Shown in pieces: positions 61,501-64,000 of a stretch of 64,000 bases of DNA. The stretch comes from Klebsormidium nitens (lineage: Eukaryota; Plantae; Klebsormidiophyceae). Position 1 is the stretch's first letter. Each line of letters starts with the position of its first letter. The stretch is from assembly GCA_000708835.1 (NCBI GenBank), contig DF237091.1, positions 62,001-126,000 on the forward strand, written 5' to 3'. The notes under the pieces were generated by a model. It was not told where the DNA came from. It made no database searches and was given only the letters and a program-made list of their open reading frames with translations. Position numbers and translations under genes: made by a program.

Positions 61501-63290
61501 GAGGCCCTCCGCCTCCAGCCGCCGCACGAGCGCGCGCCACTCGCGCTTGTTTGTGTACCCCATGCTCGCGCGCAGCTCCGGCTCTACGAGAACGCCGCCC
61601 CGCGCGGCGCCGAGGACCCCGCAGATGTCCTCCAGCTGGCGTGTCAGGTCGACGAACTCGAACTCGTGTTCGGACGGTCCGGGACCATCTTCAGACGCTC
61701 CTGCGCCGGCTTTGGACGCCCCAGCTGCTTGGTTGAGGTGTTCGGACGGCCCTTCTCGCGGTTCGGACGGCCCTGCGCCTGATTCGGACGGTCTCCCGGG
61801 GGCTGACGCTTCCCCTGGGTACGTCAGCTGCTTCTGGCCCCGTTTCGTGTCGCTTGGGCCCGTCCGAAAGTGCGTCCGGTGGTCGATGTTCACAGACCGT
61901 CCGAAGCGCATGAGGTGGACCAGGTTTGTAGGTGCAGGGAAGCTGCCTGCGGCAGCGTGGAAAAGGACTTGGCGCCGCGTGATGAGGCCACGTGTCTCCA
62001 GCTGGCGTAGGTGGTAAAAGTAGTTGGTCGGCGCGATGCCGAAGCTGCGGGCGAGGTCGGTCTGGAGAGCGCCTCGCTCCCTGGAACGGACAGGTTTGCA
62101 ACCGTGGAGTTATTCCTCAGTATGGTAGCGAAGACCGCCGTATCGAAGCGAAGACCCTCAGGGTGTTCGGACGTTTGAAAAGCTGGGACGCTAGTTTCTC
62201 GAACGGTCTTCACACAGAGCGAAAAGGTGAGATGGGAGTTTGTTGAAGAGCTTGACAACATATCTGGTCAAGAAAGATCCGCCACTGGGACTGGATCGGC
62301 TCAAGGGGATTAGAAGCCATTTGAAGAGGGCATGACTTTTGAAGCAAGAGCCTCCTAATTCGTCGTTGGCAGCCTTCAGTATCTTTAGTTGTCTGGGTCA
62401 GCCGGCCTGACTGCAGAGCGAGATTAAGAGGGACCATGATCAGATCTCAAAGTCAACTCAAGACAGTCACGGCGGAATTGATCAGATTTATCTTCTGATG
62501 ACGACTCTATATAGTGGTCAGAGCATTTGATGTCAAGAGAGTGAATTGTTTGTCCTCACCTCGACTGCCCAATCCTGACGAGCGACTCATACTGCACCGC
62601 ACTGAGTTCGTACCCAGAGAGCACCCTCTCATACAGCCCCAACGCACTCTCCCGCAGCCTCAGCGACGCCTGCACGCGCACTGAGCCCCCCCCCAGCGCA
62701 GCCGCTTCTTCCCAAATCTGCAAACTTGGCTGCGCCTTCTCCAGAAAGTACCTCGCTGGAACTTTTTGTCCTGTGACCGGGGGGGCAGCTTCTCCGGTAG
62801 CAGGTTTTGAAACATGGGGGGGTCTCCTGGGAGCTTCTCCTGTGCTGCTGAGAGTGCTTTTGTCCAGGGGGTGGGGAGAAAACAGGTGGATTTCGGAGGT
62901 GTCGAGGAGATAGTTCCAGATGAATGCGCAGAGGGGGGGGTCGAGTGAGAAGCCTGCAGTTTGAAGGGGCTCCTGAAGGATTGTCCACAGTGTGGGGATA
63001 GAGCAGCCTGCAGAGTGAAAGATGTGAGAGTCATGAGAGCCTGGGGAGGGGGCAAGCTACGACGCTTTCGCGTGTAAACTAAGAACTACTGTAGATCTCA
63101 TTCATTGGGGCGTGCTTTGGTTTACTGAGGGGCGGTTGCGCATGGAAAAATCCAGTAAAGGCCAATTTGAATCTCTCACCAGCTCGCCTAGGGGCCGGGG
63201 CTACGTAAGTCACACACAATATCAGACAGACTTACCTTCCGGCCCTTCCAATGCAATCTGCTCCACTGCGATGGAAGTCACATCATCCAT
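40600..63290 (-). CDS. GTF3C1: RNA polymerase III transcription factor IIIC B-box-binding subunit (tau138/TFIIIC220), 15 exons, ~2,470-2,495 aa
   Basis: Phase-consistent exons 63290-63236, 63007-62560, 62080-61408, 59962-59330, 58700-57351, 56842-56723, 56255-56034, 55079-54959, 53963-53680, 48455-48320, 46773(or 46695)-46077, 45445-44608, 43899-42499, 41868-41584, 40821-40600. Motifs matching plant GTF3C1: MDDVTSIAVEQIALEGPEG; B-block region RERGALQTDLARSFGIAPTNYFYHLRQLETRGLI; NGYLYSKALRARALHLYLW; MPVELYIKIVG; YWDRLE..AFPG..W; IAKDTGIATEQVYKVY; RFHWTAED; W..VPGLPAP..CKR; SSPFP; NPGIPE..LTPQS. Confidence 0.92.
43906..43982. repeat. ~28-bp tandem repeat x2.8 abutting a GTF3C1 3' splice site
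   Basis: GCAATTGTTCGGGGAAAAAGATTGAAGT units; the acceptor AG is at 43900-43902 on the minus strand. Confidence 0.9.
49150..52330. mobile_element. non-coding dispersed repeat element, copy 2, inside the 5.2-kb GTF3C1 intron (boundaries approximate)
   Basis: Collinear with 36.6-39.4 kb in the same orientation. Contains (CCACATCCCGA)n at 49269-49317 and a minisatellite at 51154-51603; weak inverted similarity between the two ends. Confidence 0.55.
51154..51603. repeat. higher-order minisatellite: ~20 copies of AAGGCCGGGGAAC, mostly as doublets plus a ~17-nt linker (~43-bp unit)
   Basis: Counted by eye; linker consensus AGTAAGCCAAAGCTCCA. Confidence 0.9.
55598..55740. repeat. 21-bp minisatellite (TCCCCCGRGCACTCAACCACT) x~5-6 in a GTF3C1 intron
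   Basis: Read directly; the outer copies are degenerate. Confidence 0.85.
55857..55892. repeat. (TGGCCGGAAA)3.6 tandem repeat
   Basis: Read directly from the sequence. Confidence 0.9.
59907..60724 (-). repeat. degenerate ~156-168-bp tandem array of a GTF3C1 3' splice site plus exon start (true copy + 5 echoes)
   Basis: TCGACCGGCACGTCGAGGACGACG-like cores at 59907, 60063, 60231, 60389 and 60545, with a partial copy at ~60691. The first five are each followed by CTGCA (minus-strand TGCAG acceptor). Confidence 0.9.
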
Positions 63291-64000
63291 TGTGCCTGTG
63301 GCGCTCCGCTTTTCTCGGGCCTTGCTTTTTACCCTTGTATGATATCTTAATAATGACTTCGTGGTGAATTTATACAAAATCTTAATGAGCTGGTATTCTG
63401 TATGCTGCCAGATGGTACTCCCCTAGTTGTTGCTCAGTACCTCAATCTATTTTTCACCTTCAAGTCATTGCACAACCTTGGCTTACGCCGAGCATGATGG
63501 TTGCTGTATGCTGCTGCCTCACAATTCATCGTAATCGAGGACAATGCTGACAAACATCGATCTCAAACAAGGAAATAAGAGGGGCCTGTCGCCAGAGCCT
63601 TCTAGCAATCAAGAGGCTTCCATACGCAAGGCTGGCATGATTTGTCTGCTCCTTCATTGCTTGGGGGCCTCTTGGTCATTGTGAGAGCAGGTTATCCCAG
63701 CTGATAAAGTGCTGAAGGGAAACTGTCACAGTCTCAGATCTCAATTTCCATCTCCTCCTGGCTGGCTCGTCTTCAGCCTTCACTTTTGACATCCGACAAG
63801 TTTGCCAGGTTTTGGCGCCCGGACAGTCCTATAGCCAGAGAGGGTTCCCTCGGACCTTGTTCTCGCACTCCTAGTTTCAACCCTGAGCGACTGCATGGTT
63901 TTCCAGCGTTGGATGGAGTACCCAAGATCCACCCGGACGGTTCGGAAGCGTCTTGGTCAATCTGACGGTTGGGAAAAGTTTGCCATCCACTGATCCAGCT

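Noticed and set aside
62684-62945. Suspected frameshifts at long G/C homopolymers in GTF3C1 exon 2
   Set aside because: Counting the runs gives an open, phase-correct 448-nt exon.
63700-64000. Short open frames at the window end
   Set aside because: Too short and unrecognisable to call a gene.

Overview
Intron-rich eukaryotic genomic DNA, most like a streptophyte green alga (Klebsormidium-type; the organism is inferred from gene content and GC-rich exons and was not verified). I spliced the genes by eye and checked reading-frame phase at every junction. Eight genes run in strictly alternating orientation: (1) a 5'-truncated, 24-exon, bacterial-type (SSO1653/SWIM-SNF2-like) Swi2/Snf2 helicase (+) with an apparent 1-bp frameshift in motif V; (2) a Cys-rich orphan ORF with an internal 62-aa duplication (-); (3) an intronless PGG-domain-like 4-TM membrane protein (+); (4) ATG3 (-); (5) RPS2/uS5 (+); (6) mitochondrial inner-membrane peptidase IMP2-like (-); (7) plastid phosphoglycolate phosphatase PGLP1 (+); (8) a 15-exon, ~22.7-kb TFIIIC B-box-binding subunit GTF3C1 (-). 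Two diverged, collinear copies of a ~3-kb non-coding repeat element lie at ~36.6-39.4 kb and inside a GTF3C1 intron at ~49.2-52.3 kb; the second carries an expanded higher-order minisatellite. The most unusual recurring signal is local tandem duplication across exon-intron junctions, which leaves arrays of decoy splice sites in GTF3C1 and PGLP1, some in frame and some leading to premature stops. No rRNA, tRNA, CRISPR array or transposase was recognised.
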